Shown: positions 8,697-18,835 of the stretch, one piece after another
How positions within the stretch are numbered: the first letter of the stretch is position 1
Layout: each line of letters opens with the position of its first letter
DNA from: a bacterium
Lineage (GTDB): Bacteria > Bacillota > Sulfobacillia > UBA995
Direction of reading: 5' to 3'
Length of the DNA stretch: 64,000 nucleotides
Assembly: GCA_031082145.1 (NCBI GenBank)
Contig: JAVHLP010000001.1
Location: 301,831-365,830 of the forward strand
Notes under the pieces: generated by a model
Seen by the model: only the letters and a program-made list of their open reading frames with translations
The model's database searches: none
What the model was told of the DNA's origin: nothing
Translations under genes and position numbers: made by a program

Positions 8697-11600
8697 TTCC
8701 CGCCGCCAGGAAGTGGAGATAGGCCCCCTGCACCGGGCGCCCGAGGATGGTGGCCGCCGCCCGGGCGTACAAGCGGAGCTGTGGTGAATACCTCTCAACC
8801 AGGGTGGCGATGCTCGCGGGAGTCGCCCGGTCGGTCTTGAAATCCACCACCACCAGACCTCCCACCTCGTCGAAGAGACAGTCGATGACCCCTTGGACCA
8901 GGACTTGCTCTTCTCCCGCCTCGTCCGGGGGTACCTCCGGATACACTTCGGCGGCGGGCAGGGCCAGGGTGAACGCCACCTCCCGGCGGACGCGGGCCGG
9001 TTCCACCTTCAGCCGGCGGCCCAGGGGACTGGAGAAGAACCGTCCGATGGCCACCCGGTCCACCAGCCCGGCTTGGGTCGGGCTGAGCAGTTCGCGTTCC
9101 ACCATGCTCTCTACCTGAGCGGCGACGTCCGCCGGGTCAAGAGCGGTCTCGAGGCGCAGGTGTCTGAGCACAAGGTGGGTGGCGATGCCGGCCTCGACTC
9201 CGCTCCCCGCTCCCGCCGAGGGCCGCTCGCCACCGGCCACCCAGTCCCTCCCCTTCAGCTCCGTCACCGTAGCCTTGGCCGCCCTCCCGGCCAGTCGCGT
9301 CCACGGGTAGCGCCATTCCAGCGCCCTCTGGAACCGTTCCTCCAGTTCAGGCACGGGCGGGACGGACTCCGGCCGGGCCGCCTCCCGCCGGCCCGGCGGG
9401 TCGGGCAGCCGTTCCCAGCGGATCACCCGGAAACGGGACGGCTCGCCGGCCGGCAAGCGATCGGCGGCGGGAAGACCCCAGTCCAGCCCGGGGTGCCGGG
9501 CCAGCGCCATCCCCAGCCACTCCAGCGGGGTCTCGACTTCCGCCAGCAGGGCGTCCGGCAGCCTCCAGTCCCGGTGGCCGGCGACCGCCACCTGCCAACG
9601 GGTCACGGCCCGATCCAACCCTCGTGCCGAACCAACCAGGCACAGCCGCTCGCGGGCACGCGTCATCGCCACGTACAAGATCCGGAGCTCCTCGGCCAGG
9701 CTCTCGAGGCGCAAGCGGCCCGCCACTGCCCGCTGGGCCAGGCTCGGGTAGACGACATCGGCCGCCCGATCCACCACCGCCGGCCCCAGACCCAGCCTGC
9801 GGTGGAAGAGCAGATCGGGGTTGTCCCCGCCCAGGCGGAGCCTCCGGCCCAGGCCGGCGAGGAAGACCACCGGGAACTCCAGGCCCTTGCTGCGATGTAC
9901 ACTCATAACCCGGACCGCGTCCTCTCCCTCGCTCAGGGCCATAGCCGCCCCCAGATCTTCATCCGCCTCCTCCAACCCTTCAAGCAGCCGCAAGAAGCTG
10001 ACCAGACCCCGGGTGGCATAGCGGTCAAAGGCCCGGGCCCGGTCCTGGAGGGCCATGAGATTGGCCTGGCGCTGAGCTCCTGCCGGCATCGCCCCCACGT
10101 ACTCGGGGTAGCGCGTCTCCCGGTAGATGGTGCCGATGAGATCGGCCAGGGGGCCCCGCCGGGCCAGGGTGCGCCAGGCATCGAGGCGCTCCCGAAACCG
10201 CTCCAGGCGGGGATCGGTCGAGACGAGGGCGGCATCGGCGAAGCTCTGCGGGTCACCCAGGCGGAGCCGGGCCATGTCGGCCGGATCCAGTCCCACCAGC
10301 GGTGATCTGAGCACGCAGGCCAGGGGAATGTCCTGTCTCGGGTTGTCGATGAGGCGCAGTACAGACAGGACTACCTGTACCTCGATGGCCTGGAAGTACC
10401 CGGTGGCCAGTTCACCGCAAGCGGGCACCCCCGCCAGGCGCAGCGTCTCCACCACCTGGTTGGCGTGGCCCCGGGTGGCTCTGAGAAGCACGGCGAAGTC
10501 ACGGTATCGAAGCGGGCGAGGTGGATCGCCCACCAACTCCGGACCATCAACCATGGCCCGAATGCGGTGAGCAACCAACCGGGCCTCCCGCTCCATCGTC
10601 TCCAGGAAGTCCCCCCGGGGATCGCCTTCGTCCGCTCCCTCCCGCTCCAGCAGGTGAACCTCCACCCCGCCGCCGCCATCGGGCAAGTGGGCCACCAGCT
10701 CGGCGTCCTGGTCGTATGCCAGTTCGCCCACCCCCGGCGTCAGCAGCTGCCGGAACAGGTAGTTGACGGCGTGGATGATGGCCGGGCGGCTGCGGAAGTT
10801 GACGGCCAGGGGGATGCGCCGGCACCGGGGGCGCTCGGGGTAGGCGTGGTAGCGGGACAGGAAGAGTCCCGGCTCGGCCAGCCGGAAGCGGTAGATGCTC
10901 TGCTTGACGTCGCCTACCAGAAACAGGTTGGGCGAGGGGTCGTCGTCGCCCCGGGAGACAAGCCCCAGAATGGCATCTTGCAATGGGTTTATGTCCTGGT
11001 ACTCGTCAACCAGCACCTCGTGGAAAGCCAGGCGCAACTCGGTGGCCACCGGTGAGGACCCTTGCAGCAGGCGCAGGCAATAACGCTCCAGGTCGGCGAA
11101 GTCAAGTAGGGATCGGGCCGCCTTGGCAGCGGTGTAGACATCGTCAAAGGCGGCCACCAGGCCGGTCAGACAGGCCATACGGGGGGCCAGCGCCCTCAAC
11201 TCGTCCACCTGCTCGCCGGGCGACCGGGTGAAGTAGGCTTCCCGGAGTGCGTTCAGCGCGGCCTTGGCCTCATCCCGCACAGACCGGGCTTGCTCGCGGA
11301 CGGCCTCGTCCACGGCCCCCCGGTGGCCAGGCAACCTCGCGAAGGTCAACTCCTGGACGGCCGCGTACGCCGCTCCCCAGCCGTCCCCCAGGCTCCCGAG
11401 GATCCCGGCGGCGGCCGCTGCCTCTGTCTCCAGTACCGGGAGCCAGGCCGTCGGGCCCCCGGGTCGACGGGCCAGCCGGAGGGCCGCTTCCACAAGGCCG
11501 GCAACTCGACCCAGCCCCAACCGGACCCCTTCTTCCAGGGCTGGCCACCAGGGCAGGTCTTCGATCCGAGTCCCGGCAGGCACTTGAAAGGCCTCCCCCG

Positions 11601-12168
11601 CCGCCCGCAACCAGCCCCGGGGATCGGGTTGGCTCCCGGCGAAGGCATGGAGGTCGAGCACCGCCCGTTTCAGGCGCAGGTCCCCGCCGGGATGGCTATA
11701 GGCGTCCACCAGGTCCAGGAAATCGGTCCCGGCTTGCTCGTAGCAATCCTCGAAGAGCTCGTCCGCCGCCTCCAGGCGCAGCAAGAGAGCTTCTTCCTCC
11801 GCCGCCACCCGGAAGCCGGGATCAAGGTCCAGGAGGTAGAAGTACTTGCGAAGGAGCCGGAGACAGAAGGAGTGCAGGGTCGAGATCCAGGCCCGGTCGA
11901 CCAGGGCCAGTTGCCGCCGGAGTTCGGGACGGGTGGCTGCCGCCAGGTGCAGGGCTTCCCGTACCCGGGCGCGGACCTCCCGGGCGGCCGCCTCGGTGAA
12001 GGTCACGACCAGCAGACGATCGATGTCGGCCGGCCGCTCAGCTACGGTCAGGTGCCGGATCACCCGCTGGACCAGGACGGCCGTCTTGCCGGCACCCGCC
12101 CCCGCTGAGACCAGGAGGCTCCGGCCGGTGGTCTCGATGGCTGCCCGCTGCTCGGCGGTCCAGTTCAC
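8626..12168 (-). CDS. addA: ATP-dependent helicase/nuclease subunit A (AddA; UvrD-like helicase plus C-terminal nuclease).
   Basis: 1180 aa. N-terminal GAGAGKTAVLV Walker A with UvrD/PcrA-type motifs, and a C-terminal PD-(D/E)xK region. Start overlaps the addB stop. Confidence 0.9.
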   Translation of the reverse strand: MNWTAEQRAAIETTGRSLLVSAGAGAGKTAVLVQRVIRHLTVAERPADIDRLLVVTFTEAAAREVRARVREALHLAAATRPELRRQLALVDRAWISTLHSFCLRLLRKYFYLLDLDPGFRVAAEEEALLLRLEAADELFEDCYEQAGTDFLDLVDAYSHPGGDLRLKRAVLDLHAFAGSQPDPRGWLRAAGEAFQVPAGTRIEDLPWWPALEEGVRLGLGRVAGLVEAALRLARRPGGPTAWLPVLETEAAAAAGILGSLGDGWGAAYAAVQELTFARLPGHRGAVDEAVREQARSVRDEAKAALNALREAYFTRSPGEQVDELRALAPRMACLTGLVAAFDDVYTAAKAARSLLDFADLERYCLRLLQGSSPVATELRLAFHEVLVDEYQDINPLQDAILGLVSRGDDDPSPNLFLVGDVKQSIYRFRLAEPGLFLSRYHAYPERPRCRRIPLAVNFRSRPAIIHAVNYLFRQLLTPGVGELAYDQDAELVAHLPDGGGGVEVHLLEREGADEGDPRGDFLETMEREARLVAHRIRAMVDGPELVGDPPRPLRYRDFAVLLRATRGHANQVVETLRLAGVPACGELATGYFQAIEVQVVLSVLRLIDNPRQDIPLACVLRSPLVGLDPADMARLRLGDPQSFADAALVSTDPRLERFRERLDAWRTLARRGPLADLIGTIYRETRYPEYVGAMPAGAQRQANLMALQDRARAFDRYATRGLVSFLRLLEGLEEADEDLGAAMALSEGEDAVRVMSVHRSKGLEFPVVFLAGLGRRLRLGGDNPDLLFHRRLGLGPAVVDRAADVVYPSLAQRAVAGRLRLESLAEELRILYVAMTRARERLCLVGSARGLDRAVTRWQVAVAGHRDWRLPDALLAEVETPLEWLGMALARHPGLDWGLPAADRLPAGEPSRFRVIRWERLPDPPGRREAARPESVPPVPELEERFQRALEWRYPWTRLAGRAAKATVTELKGRDWVAGGERPSAGAGSGVEAGIATHLVLRHLRLETALDPADVAAQVESMVERELLSPTQAGLVDRVAIGRFFSSPLGRRLKVEPARVRREVAFTLALPAAEVYPEVPPDEAGEEQVLVQGVIDCLFDEVGGLVVVDFKTDRATPASIATLVERYSPQLRLYARAAATILGRPVQGAYLHFLAAGITAGVTLEGDLSGPVGGRSPAPG

Positions 12169-15100
12169 GCCCTCGCCTCCTCGGCCAGGTCTTGCCAGGT
12201 CAAGGCCGTCCCCGCCTCCCGGTAGACGTCACCCACCAGCGGGTCAAACCCACAGGCGGCCCGGAACTCGCAATAGCGGCATGCCCGTTCCTTTCCTCCC
12301 CGGTAGGGACGTATGGAGACGTCGCCGCCCGCCAGCCGGTTGCCGAGGCCGGCCAGGCGGGCGCGCACCGCCCGCAGGACCCCGACCAGATCCTTCGGGC
12401 CCACGGCACCCGATCCGGCCGCCGGGGCGCCATCCACTCGCAGCCTGGCCCGGACGAGGTGCCCGGCCGGAGAGTCACCCTCGCCCCGGTCAAGTAGGCG
12501 GATGACCTCCGGGTCGGCGACGGCCAGCCCGTCCAGGCGGAACCGGTCCAGACGCCTCCGGTCGGCCTCTTCGGGCGAGAGTGGTCCCCCGGCCCGAACC
12601 GGCTGGGCTAGCAGTGGCAGGTAGAAGGCGCCGGCCGCCCGGACCCGCTTTCGCCCGGGCCACTCATGCTCCAGGACCACCGCCAGGTAGCAGAGAAGCT
12701 GCAGGTCAAGGCCGGCGGCCACGGCCCCCGGATCAAGGCGGCGGCGGCTTGATTTGTAGTCGATGACCCGGAGATAGGTCACTCCTTCCCGTTCGGCGGC
12801 GTCCACCCGGTCGATGCGGCCGCGCAGTTCCAGGCTCCGGCCGCCCTCCAGTTCTTGACGGAGCGGCGGCAGGTCCTGGCCGGGGCCGAAGGCGACCTCC
12901 GCCGCCAGTGGCCGGAAGCCGCTGCGACGGGCGTGCCGCCCCAGCACCGCCACCGCCTGCCGGAAAGAACGGGCCAGGACACCGCCGAGAAAGCGGTAGC
13001 GGGACGAGCTCATCAGCACGGCCCTCCCCACGCCGGGTACTAGCTGCTCCAGGACTTGATCGGCCAGTCGCTCCCTGGCTCGCTCATGCTCGGCGCTCCA
13101 GTCCAGTCCCTGGTCATCCATCTCCTCCACCAGGAGCTTGAGGGCGTCGTGGAGCAGGGTCCCCACGTCCCGCGACTCAAGCCGGAAACGGAGACGTTCC
13201 TGCAAGCCGAGGCCATAGCTCAGGAAATGAGCGTAGGGGCAGGCGGCGAAGCGCTCGAGCCTTGATACGCTGGCCCGGAGGGGTTCGCCGTACAGCCGCA
13301 GGACCAGTTCGGGTGGGAGAGGAGCCACCCGGTTGGTGTGATCCAGCCCCGCCAGGGCCAAACGGAGCTTCTCGGGGCCTCCCGGGCGGCGCTTGAACCA
13401 CTCGAGAAAACACCGCCATACCGGAGCCATCGGGGCCCCCTCCCGGGCCCGGCCGAGTTCCCGGGACAGTTGGGCCAGGGCCGTCTCCTCGCTGGCCAGG
13501 TAATCCAGCGGATCCTCCTCCGCCGGCTCCAGCCCGGGGAATAGCTCACCCAGCCGGCGCACCAGGGTGGAGTGGAACACCGCCTTACCGTCCTCGGTCC
13601 CGCGGGGGTAGCTGACCCACAGCCGTTCCGAGGCCCGGGTAAAGGCGATATAGCCCAGGTAACCCTCCCCCAGCAGCCGTACCCGGCTGGTGGCGGCAAG
13701 CTCCAAGCCGTGGGCCAGGAGCAGTTCCCGTTCGCCATCGTCAAACAGCGCGTCCTCCTGGGGAGGGCGCGGGAAAAACCCCTCGGCGACCCCGAGGACG
13801 AAGGCCGCCCGGGCTTCCGGTAACCGGGAGCGATCCACCTGGCCCACCAACACCTGGTCCAGGGCGGGGGGGACAAGTCCCAGCCGCAAGGTAGACAACC
13901 CGGTCTCGACGACATCGGCCACAGCCCGGGCCTCCAGTTCTTCCTCCCCCAGGGCGGATCCCATCTCCTCCAGTAGATCGGTGACCTCCGCCCAGACCCG
14001 GTCATGTTCCTGGGCTTCTTCCGGGCGCCCGGTGGTCAGGGCTTCCTGCCGCCACTCCTCCAGGCGAAGGCCCGCGCCCAGGCGATCCAGAAACTCGCGC
14101 AGGGCCGCGGCCCACTCCCCGGCCGGGGCCGGTCTCCTCCCCATCCGCTGGGCCAGTTCCTCCAGGGGCGCCATCGCTCGCCGGCGAGCACCCTCCAGTT
14201 CTTGCGGCCAGGGTCTTGTCCAGGCGGCCCCCCGGATGCCATGGGCCAGGGCGTGGTTTTCCAGGCGGTCAGCCTCGTCGCGTTCCACCGGGGCCAGGTC
14301 CGTCTTCAGGTAGCGGAAGACCGCCTGCTGGGGCCAGCCGGAGACCAGCGCCTCAAGGGCGGAGCGAACCACCTCTACCAGCGGGTGATGGAGACCCGAG
14401 CGCCGCTCGTCCAGGAACCAGGGTACCTCGCAGCGGTCCAGGGCTCCCAGAAGGTCCCGGTAGGGTTCGACCTCTCGGAAGAGGACCACCATCTCGCGCC
14501 AGCGATACCCGTTGTCGCGCACCAGGCGGGTGATCTCCCGAGCGGCCATCTCTACCTCCACCCGAGGGTCGGTCGCTTCCACCAGGCAGATGTCCTTGGG
14601 ACGGCCCCCGCGACTGCCCGCGCGGCCGAAATGGGCTTCCAGAAAGGCCAACTCTGGAGCCCCGGCGAACCGCGGGGGCTTGCCGGCCAGCAACAAGGGG
14701 GGGTCAAGGGTGAGCCCGGTCGCCAGCGCCCGCGAGCGCAGCCGCCGGTACGTATCCCGAGTTGGGAAGAAGAGGTCGGTGGGGTCGGGATCCTGCTCCA
14801 GCTCGTCAGGATCCAGGCACAGGGTGATGTTCATCCTCCGGGCCGCCACGGCCATCGCTTCCAGTACCCGGTACTCCTGGGGGGTGAAGCCGGCGAAGCC
14901 GTCCACCCAGACCTCGGCGCCGGCGGCGACCGCCGCCTGGCCGAGCCGGCAGGCCGCCAGCCCAAGGGTGTCATCGGGATCCAGGAAGCGCCCGGCCAGA
15001 TAGTCGTCATAGGCTCTGACTAGCAGTTCGAGATCCTTGAGCTTGGCCAGCAGGCCCGGGGGACCCCCGGCTCCCTGCAGACGCCGGCCGGCAGCCTGGA

Positions 15101-15515
15101 TGGCGGCAACTCCCAGGTCCTGAGCCCGCAACTCGGCAAGGGTCCGGGCAGCCTGCTCCACAAAGCCCCGTCGCCGGGCGGCCCGGGCGAACAACCGGAG
15201 TTCCCCCTGATGACGGTGGAGCAGGGCGCGCAGGGCCATCAACCGGCCTACCTCGGTCAGGCGGGGACGCGCGGCTCCTCCCTCTTCCTCCAGCACCCGC
15301 AGGGCTAGCCGGCGAAAACCGAGCACCTGGGCCCGGAGAAACCCTCCCCCGGCGGCGGCCAGTTCGCCCTCCGCCTGGAAGGTAGCCTGCTCGGGAACCA
15401 GTAGCAGGAGAGGAGGGCCGTCGGGCGCCTGGCGGAGTTGCCGGACGATCTCCTCCCGGCAGGTATGGGTTTTCCCGCTGCCCGCCCGGCCGAGGATGAA
15501 CCGGAGGCTTCCCAT
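12165..15515 (-). CDS. addB: ATP-dependent helicase/nuclease subunit B (AddB).
   Basis: 1116 aa. N-terminal GRAGSGKT. C-terminal Cys cluster CPYAHF...CRYCEFRAACGF (AddB Fe-S nuclease domain). Confidence 0.85.
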   Translation of the reverse strand: MGSLRFILGRAGSGKTHTCREEIVRQLRQAPDGPPLLLLVPEQATFQAEGELAAAGGGFLRAQVLGFRRLALRVLEEEGGAARPRLTEVGRLMALRALLHRHQGELRLFARAARRRGFVEQAARTLAELRAQDLGVAAIQAAGRRLQGAGGPPGLLAKLKDLELLVRAYDDYLAGRFLDPDDTLGLAACRLGQAAVAAGAEVWVDGFAGFTPQEYRVLEAMAVAARRMNITLCLDPDELEQDPDPTDLFFPTRDTYRRLRSRALATGLTLDPPLLLAGKPPRFAGAPELAFLEAHFGRAGSRGGRPKDICLVEATDPRVEVEMAAREITRLVRDNGYRWREMVVLFREVEPYRDLLGALDRCEVPWFLDERRSGLHHPLVEVVRSALEALVSGWPQQAVFRYLKTDLAPVERDEADRLENHALAHGIRGAAWTRPWPQELEGARRRAMAPLEELAQRMGRRPAPAGEWAAALREFLDRLGAGLRLEEWRQEALTTGRPEEAQEHDRVWAEVTDLLEEMGSALGEEELEARAVADVVETGLSTLRLGLVPPALDQVLVGQVDRSRLPEARAAFVLGVAEGFFPRPPQEDALFDDGERELLLAHGLELAATSRVRLLGEGYLGYIAFTRASERLWVSYPRGTEDGKAVFHSTLVRRLGELFPGLEPAEEDPLDYLASEETALAQLSRELGRAREGAPMAPVWRCFLEWFKRRPGGPEKLRLALAGLDHTNRVAPLPPELVLRLYGEPLRASVSRLERFAACPYAHFLSYGLGLQERLRFRLESRDVGTLLHDALKLLVEEMDDQGLDWSAEHERARERLADQVLEQLVPGVGRAVLMSSSRYRFLGGVLARSFRQAVAVLGRHARRSGFRPLAAEVAFGPGQDLPPLRQELEGGRSLELRGRIDRVDAAEREGVTYLRVIDYKSSRRRLDPGAVAAGLDLQLLCYLAVVLEHEWPGRKRVRAAGAFYLPLLAQPVRAGGPLSPEEADRRRLDRFRLDGLAVADPEVIRLLDRGEGDSPAGHLVRARLRVDGAPAAGSGAVGPKDLVGVLRAVRARLAGLGNRLAGGDVSIRPYRGGKERACRYCEFRAACGFDPLVGDVYREAGTALTWQDLAEEARA

Positions 15516-15594
15516 CCTCCCACCCCCGGGAGGACTTCCACCTCCGCCCCCCGGGTCTCCTGCCCCGACGGCCTGAGGGCCGCCCGGGCGCCCC

Positions 15595-16464
15595 TCAGGC
15601 GCCCGGATCCACGTGCACCATGACGTCGGCCACCTCTTCCACCCGCTTCATGACCACCTCCCGGGCCTGGTGGGCGATGGCGTGACCGGCGGCCACACTG
15701 AGGGCCGGGTCAACCCCTATCTTCAAGTCGACCAGGATCTCGTGGCCCACATGGCGGGCCCGGATGGAGTGCACTGCCGGCGCACCGGGCATTGCCGCCA
15801 CCGCCTCAGCTATGGCCCGGATGAGTTCGGGGTGGTCGAACTTGTCCATCAGCTCATCGGCAAACTTGCGAAAAAGCCGGTAGCCAAGGCCGACCACCAT
15901 GGCGGCCACCAGCGCGCCGGCGAGGGGGTCCAGGAAGGAGAACCCGGCCCGGGCGCCGGCCACACCCAGCAGGGCCGCCACCGATGAAAGGGAGTCCGCC
16001 CGCTGTTCCCAGGCACTGGCCAGGAGGGCGTCGCTGGCGATCCGGCGGGCCGCGCCCGCGTGGTAGTGAAACATTCCCTCCTTCACAAGAATGCTGAAGG
16101 CCGCGGCGGCCAGGGCCAGGGGCCCCGGGGCGGTTCCGGAGAAGCCAACCAGCGCCCGTCGCAGGGACCAGAGGCCGATGTTCAGGCCGGCCAGGATGAG
16201 GAGGACCGCGACGACCTTGCCGGCGATCGTCTCCGCCTTGCCGTGGCCATAGGGGTGGCAGGAGTCGGCGGGTCGCCGGGCGACGGAGAAGCCCACCAGG
16301 AGAGCCCCGGAGGCCAGGGCGTCACCGGCGGAGTGCCCGGCGTCGACCAGGAGGGCGGTGCTGCCCGCGGCAACCCCCGCGCCACCCTTGAGCAGGGCCA
16401 GGACCAGGTTGACCAGGATCCCTACCAGGCTGGCCCGCTGTCCCTTAGCGGCGCGCCTCTTCAT
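15595..16464 (-). CDS. Cation diffusion facilitator (CDF) family metal efflux transporter.
   Basis: TM region with HSAGDALAS and HPYGHGKAE motifs, and a C-terminal cytoplasmic domain. ATG at 16464 with GGGAGG 8 nt upstream. Confidence 0.8.
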   Translation of the reverse strand: MKRRAAKGQRASLVGILVNLVLALLKGGAGVAAGSTALLVDAGHSAGDALASGALLVGFSVARRPADSCHPYGHGKAETIAGKVVAVLLILAGLNIGLWSLRRALVGFSGTAPGPLALAAAAFSILVKEGMFHYHAGAARRIASDALLASAWEQRADSLSSVAALLGVAGARAGFSFLDPLAGALVAAMVVGLGYRLFRKFADELMDKFDHPELIRAIAEAVAAMPGAPAVHSIRARHVGHEILVDLKIGVDPALSVAAGHAIAHQAREVVMKRVEEVADVMVHVDPGA

Positions 16465-16688
16465 GGGACATGCCTCCCAGAGAAGGTGAAAACCCGGGGA
16501 CCTCGGAGTCCCACGGGTCGACGCTGCTGCCCGCTGCCCGACCGGGCCCGGCACCATGGGTTTCCCGGCCCCCGGCCGGTCAGCCCATCGCCTGCTCTCC
16601 AGAGCATAATAGCATGCCGGGCCGTGGCCTGCAACTTGGCCCCGGCCCGGCAGTGGCCCGCTCGAACGGGCCAGACATCTAGGAGAGC

Positions 16689-16907
16689 CTACTCACCGCC
16701 CTCGCGCCGGCGGAGGCGCCCCAGCTGAAGAACGCCTACCAGCCCGGTCATCATCCCGGCGAGCAGGCTGGCGTAGCTCAGGAAGCTCAAGGTGAAGCTG
16801 GGTGTCAAGAGCTTCAGCACCATCAGGAAAGGCAGCAGCCACCCGGCCAGGATCAGGATGGCCGAGACAACCAGCAGCCGGGTGGGGTTACCGCTAGCCA
16901 TCAGCAT
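16689..16907 (-). CDS. Possible small two-helix membrane protein.
   Basis: LLVVSAILILAGWLLPFLMVLKLL and LSYASLLAGMMTGLVGVL hydrophobic segments. Tail position of the peptide ABC operon. No homology support. Confidence 0.3.
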   Translation of the reverse strand: MLMASGNPTRLLVVSAILILAGWLLPFLMVLKLLTPSFTLSFLSYASLLAGMMTGLVGVLQLGRLRRREGGE

Positions 16908-17886
16908 ACAGCCAGCAGGCAGTGCGGTGCCTCGGGGTTGACTCCACCCGGGGTGGCTCCTCGGCATCGCACTTCCCAGCGATTACCGACGGGCACCGGG
17001 GATGGAACCGGCACCCCGGTGGCGGGTTCAGGAGGCTCGGCGGCTCCCCGGGGGGAACCTCTCGCATGGCGTCGGCGTTCTCCGGCTCGGGGTCGGGGAT
17101 GGCCGCCAGCAAGGCCCGGGTATAGGGGTGCATCGGGCTGTCCAGGAGAGCCTTCACCGGTGCCTCCTCGATGACCTTACCCCCGTACATGACCAGTATC
17201 CGCTCACAGAAGAAACGTACGGTGGAGAGGTCATGGGTGATGTAGATGAGGCTCAAGCCCGTGTTGCGCTGAAGCTCCCGGAAGAGCTGCAGGATCTCCA
17301 CCCGTACCGAGGCGTCCAGCATGGAAACGGGCTCATCGGCCACGATCAGCTTCGGGTCCAGGACCTTGGCCCGGGCGATGACAACCCGCTGTTGCTGGCC
17401 GCCGCTGAGCATATGGGGGAACTTGGGCAGGAACTGCTCCACCGGAGTGAGCTTGACCGCCTCCAACACCTTGTGGGCCCGGCGCAACCGTTCCCGGGGA
17501 TCCCGGATGCCGTGGATCAGCATGGGTTCCTCCAGGATGCGGCGAACGGGGAAGAAGGGCGCCATCGCCCCGTAGGGATCCTGCTTGACGTAGCCCACGT
17601 GCGGGCGGTACCACCTCAGGGCAGCGGCGCCCTTGAGCTCCCGGCCCTCGAAGGTCATCTCTCCTCGCGTGGGCGGGTAGAGGCCGAGAATGGTGCGCGC
17701 CAGCGTGGTCTTGCCGCAGCCGCTCTCGCCTACCACGGCCACTGCTTCGCCCCGCCCGAGCTCGAAATCCACGCCATCCACGGCCCGGACCGACCCGATG
17801 CGGAAGAACCCAAAACGCCGCAACTCGAACCAGGTATGCAAGTTCTTCGTTGAGAGCAGGACTTCTCCGTTGGTTGCTTCAGACAT
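16894..17886 (-). CDS. Oligopeptide/dipeptide ABC transporter ATP-binding protein (OppF/DppF-like).
   Basis: GESGCGKTT Walker A, LSGGQQQR signature, C-terminal oligopeptide-type extension. Confidence 0.85.
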   Translation of the reverse strand: MSEATNGEVLLSTKNLHTWFELRRFGFFRIGSVRAVDGVDFELGRGEAVAVVGESGCGKTTLARTILGLYPPTRGEMTFEGRELKGAAALRWYRPHVGYVKQDPYGAMAPFFPVRRILEEPMLIHGIRDPRERLRRAHKVLEAVKLTPVEQFLPKFPHMLSGGQQQRVVIARAKVLDPKLIVADEPVSMLDASVRVEILQLFRELQRNTGLSLIYITHDLSTVRFFCERILVMYGGKVIEEAPVKALLDSPMHPYTRALLAAIPDPEPENADAMREVPPGEPPSLLNPPPGCRFHPRCPSVIAGKCDAEEPPRVESTPRHRTACWLYADG

Positions 17887-18835
17887 GGAGCCAGCACCTC
17901 ACCTGGCGCCGATCCCCGGTCTCCGCGAGTTTCGGCTCATCCTCGCAACGCTCGAAGCGCGACGGGCAGCGATCCTTGAACCGGCAGCCCCCGGGCGGGC
18001 GGATCAGGCTGGGAGGCTGGCCGGGGATGAATTCCAGTTTCTTCTCTTGACGCAAGGTAGGCACGCTGGCCATCAGTTTCTTGGAGTAGGGGTGCACCGG
18101 GTTGGGGTAGAACTGCCGCGCGTCCGCGATCTCCACTAGGTGCCCGGCGTACATCACCGCCACCCGATCGGCCAGCTCGCTGGAGGTAGCGATATCATGG
18201 GTGATCAACATGAAGCTGGTCTGACTATCCTGCTTGATCGTCTTGAGGACGTTCATCAGGTTGGCCTGAGTCAGGACGTCCAGGGCGCTCGTGGGTTCGT
18301 CCAGGACCACCAGGTCGGGCTTGATGACCAGGGCCATGGCGATCGCCACTCGCTGCCGCATCCCGCCCGACAACTCGAACGCATAGCGGGTGAGGAAATC
18401 GGTTGGCACGCCCACCAGGGCGAAAGCCTTGGCGGCGCGCTCCATCGCCTCGGCCTTGCTTGCCGCCCGGCGGTGGATTACGAGCGATTCGGCCACCTGA
18501 TCGCCCACCCGGACCACCGGGTTGAGCGCGTTCATGGCCGCCTGGGGCACCAGGGCCATGCGGACCCAGCGCACCTCCCGCCGGAACCGGTCGTCGTCCA
18601 GCTTCATTACGTCGGTGCCGTTCAGGTAGACGCTCCCCTTGTAGGTCTGGATGTTGCGGGGGAGGAGCCTGAGGATCGCCCGGGCAAGGGAAGTCTTCCC
18701 GCAGCCCGACTCACCGATGACCGCCAGCGTCAGTCCCCGGGGCAAGGTGAACGACGCCTGATCGACGGCCTGAACCGGACCCCTGGAGGTACGGAAGTGT
18801 AGAGTTACGTTTTCGACGCGTAATTGGTCCATCAT
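17879..18835 (-). CDS. Oligopeptide/dipeptide ABC transporter ATP-binding protein (OppD/DppD-like).
   Basis: GESGCGKTS Walker A, LSGGMRQR signature, C-terminal Cys-containing extension. Confidence 0.85.
   Translation of the reverse strand: MMDQLRVENVTLHFRTSRGPVQAVDQASFTLPRGLTLAVIGESGCGKTSLARAILRLLPRNIQTYKGSVYLNGTDVMKLDDDRFRREVRWVRMALVPQAAMNALNPVVRVGDQVAESLVIHRRAASKAEAMERAAKAFALVGVPTDFLTRYAFELSGGMRQRVAIAMALVIKPDLVVLDEPTSALDVLTQANLMNVLKTIKQDSQTSFMLITHDIATSSELADRVAVMYAGHLVEIADARQFYPNPVHPYSKKLMASVPTLRQEKKLEFIPGQPPSLIRPPGGCRFKDRCPSRFERCEDEPKLAETGDRRQVRCWLHV

Noticed and set aside
8893-12108. Plus-strand ORFs of 470, 196, 250 and 272 aa
   Set aside because: All lie inside and antisense to addA. 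Highly biased Pro/Arg/Gly composition.
14004-15023. 339-aa plus-strand ORF
   Set aside because: Antisense to addB.
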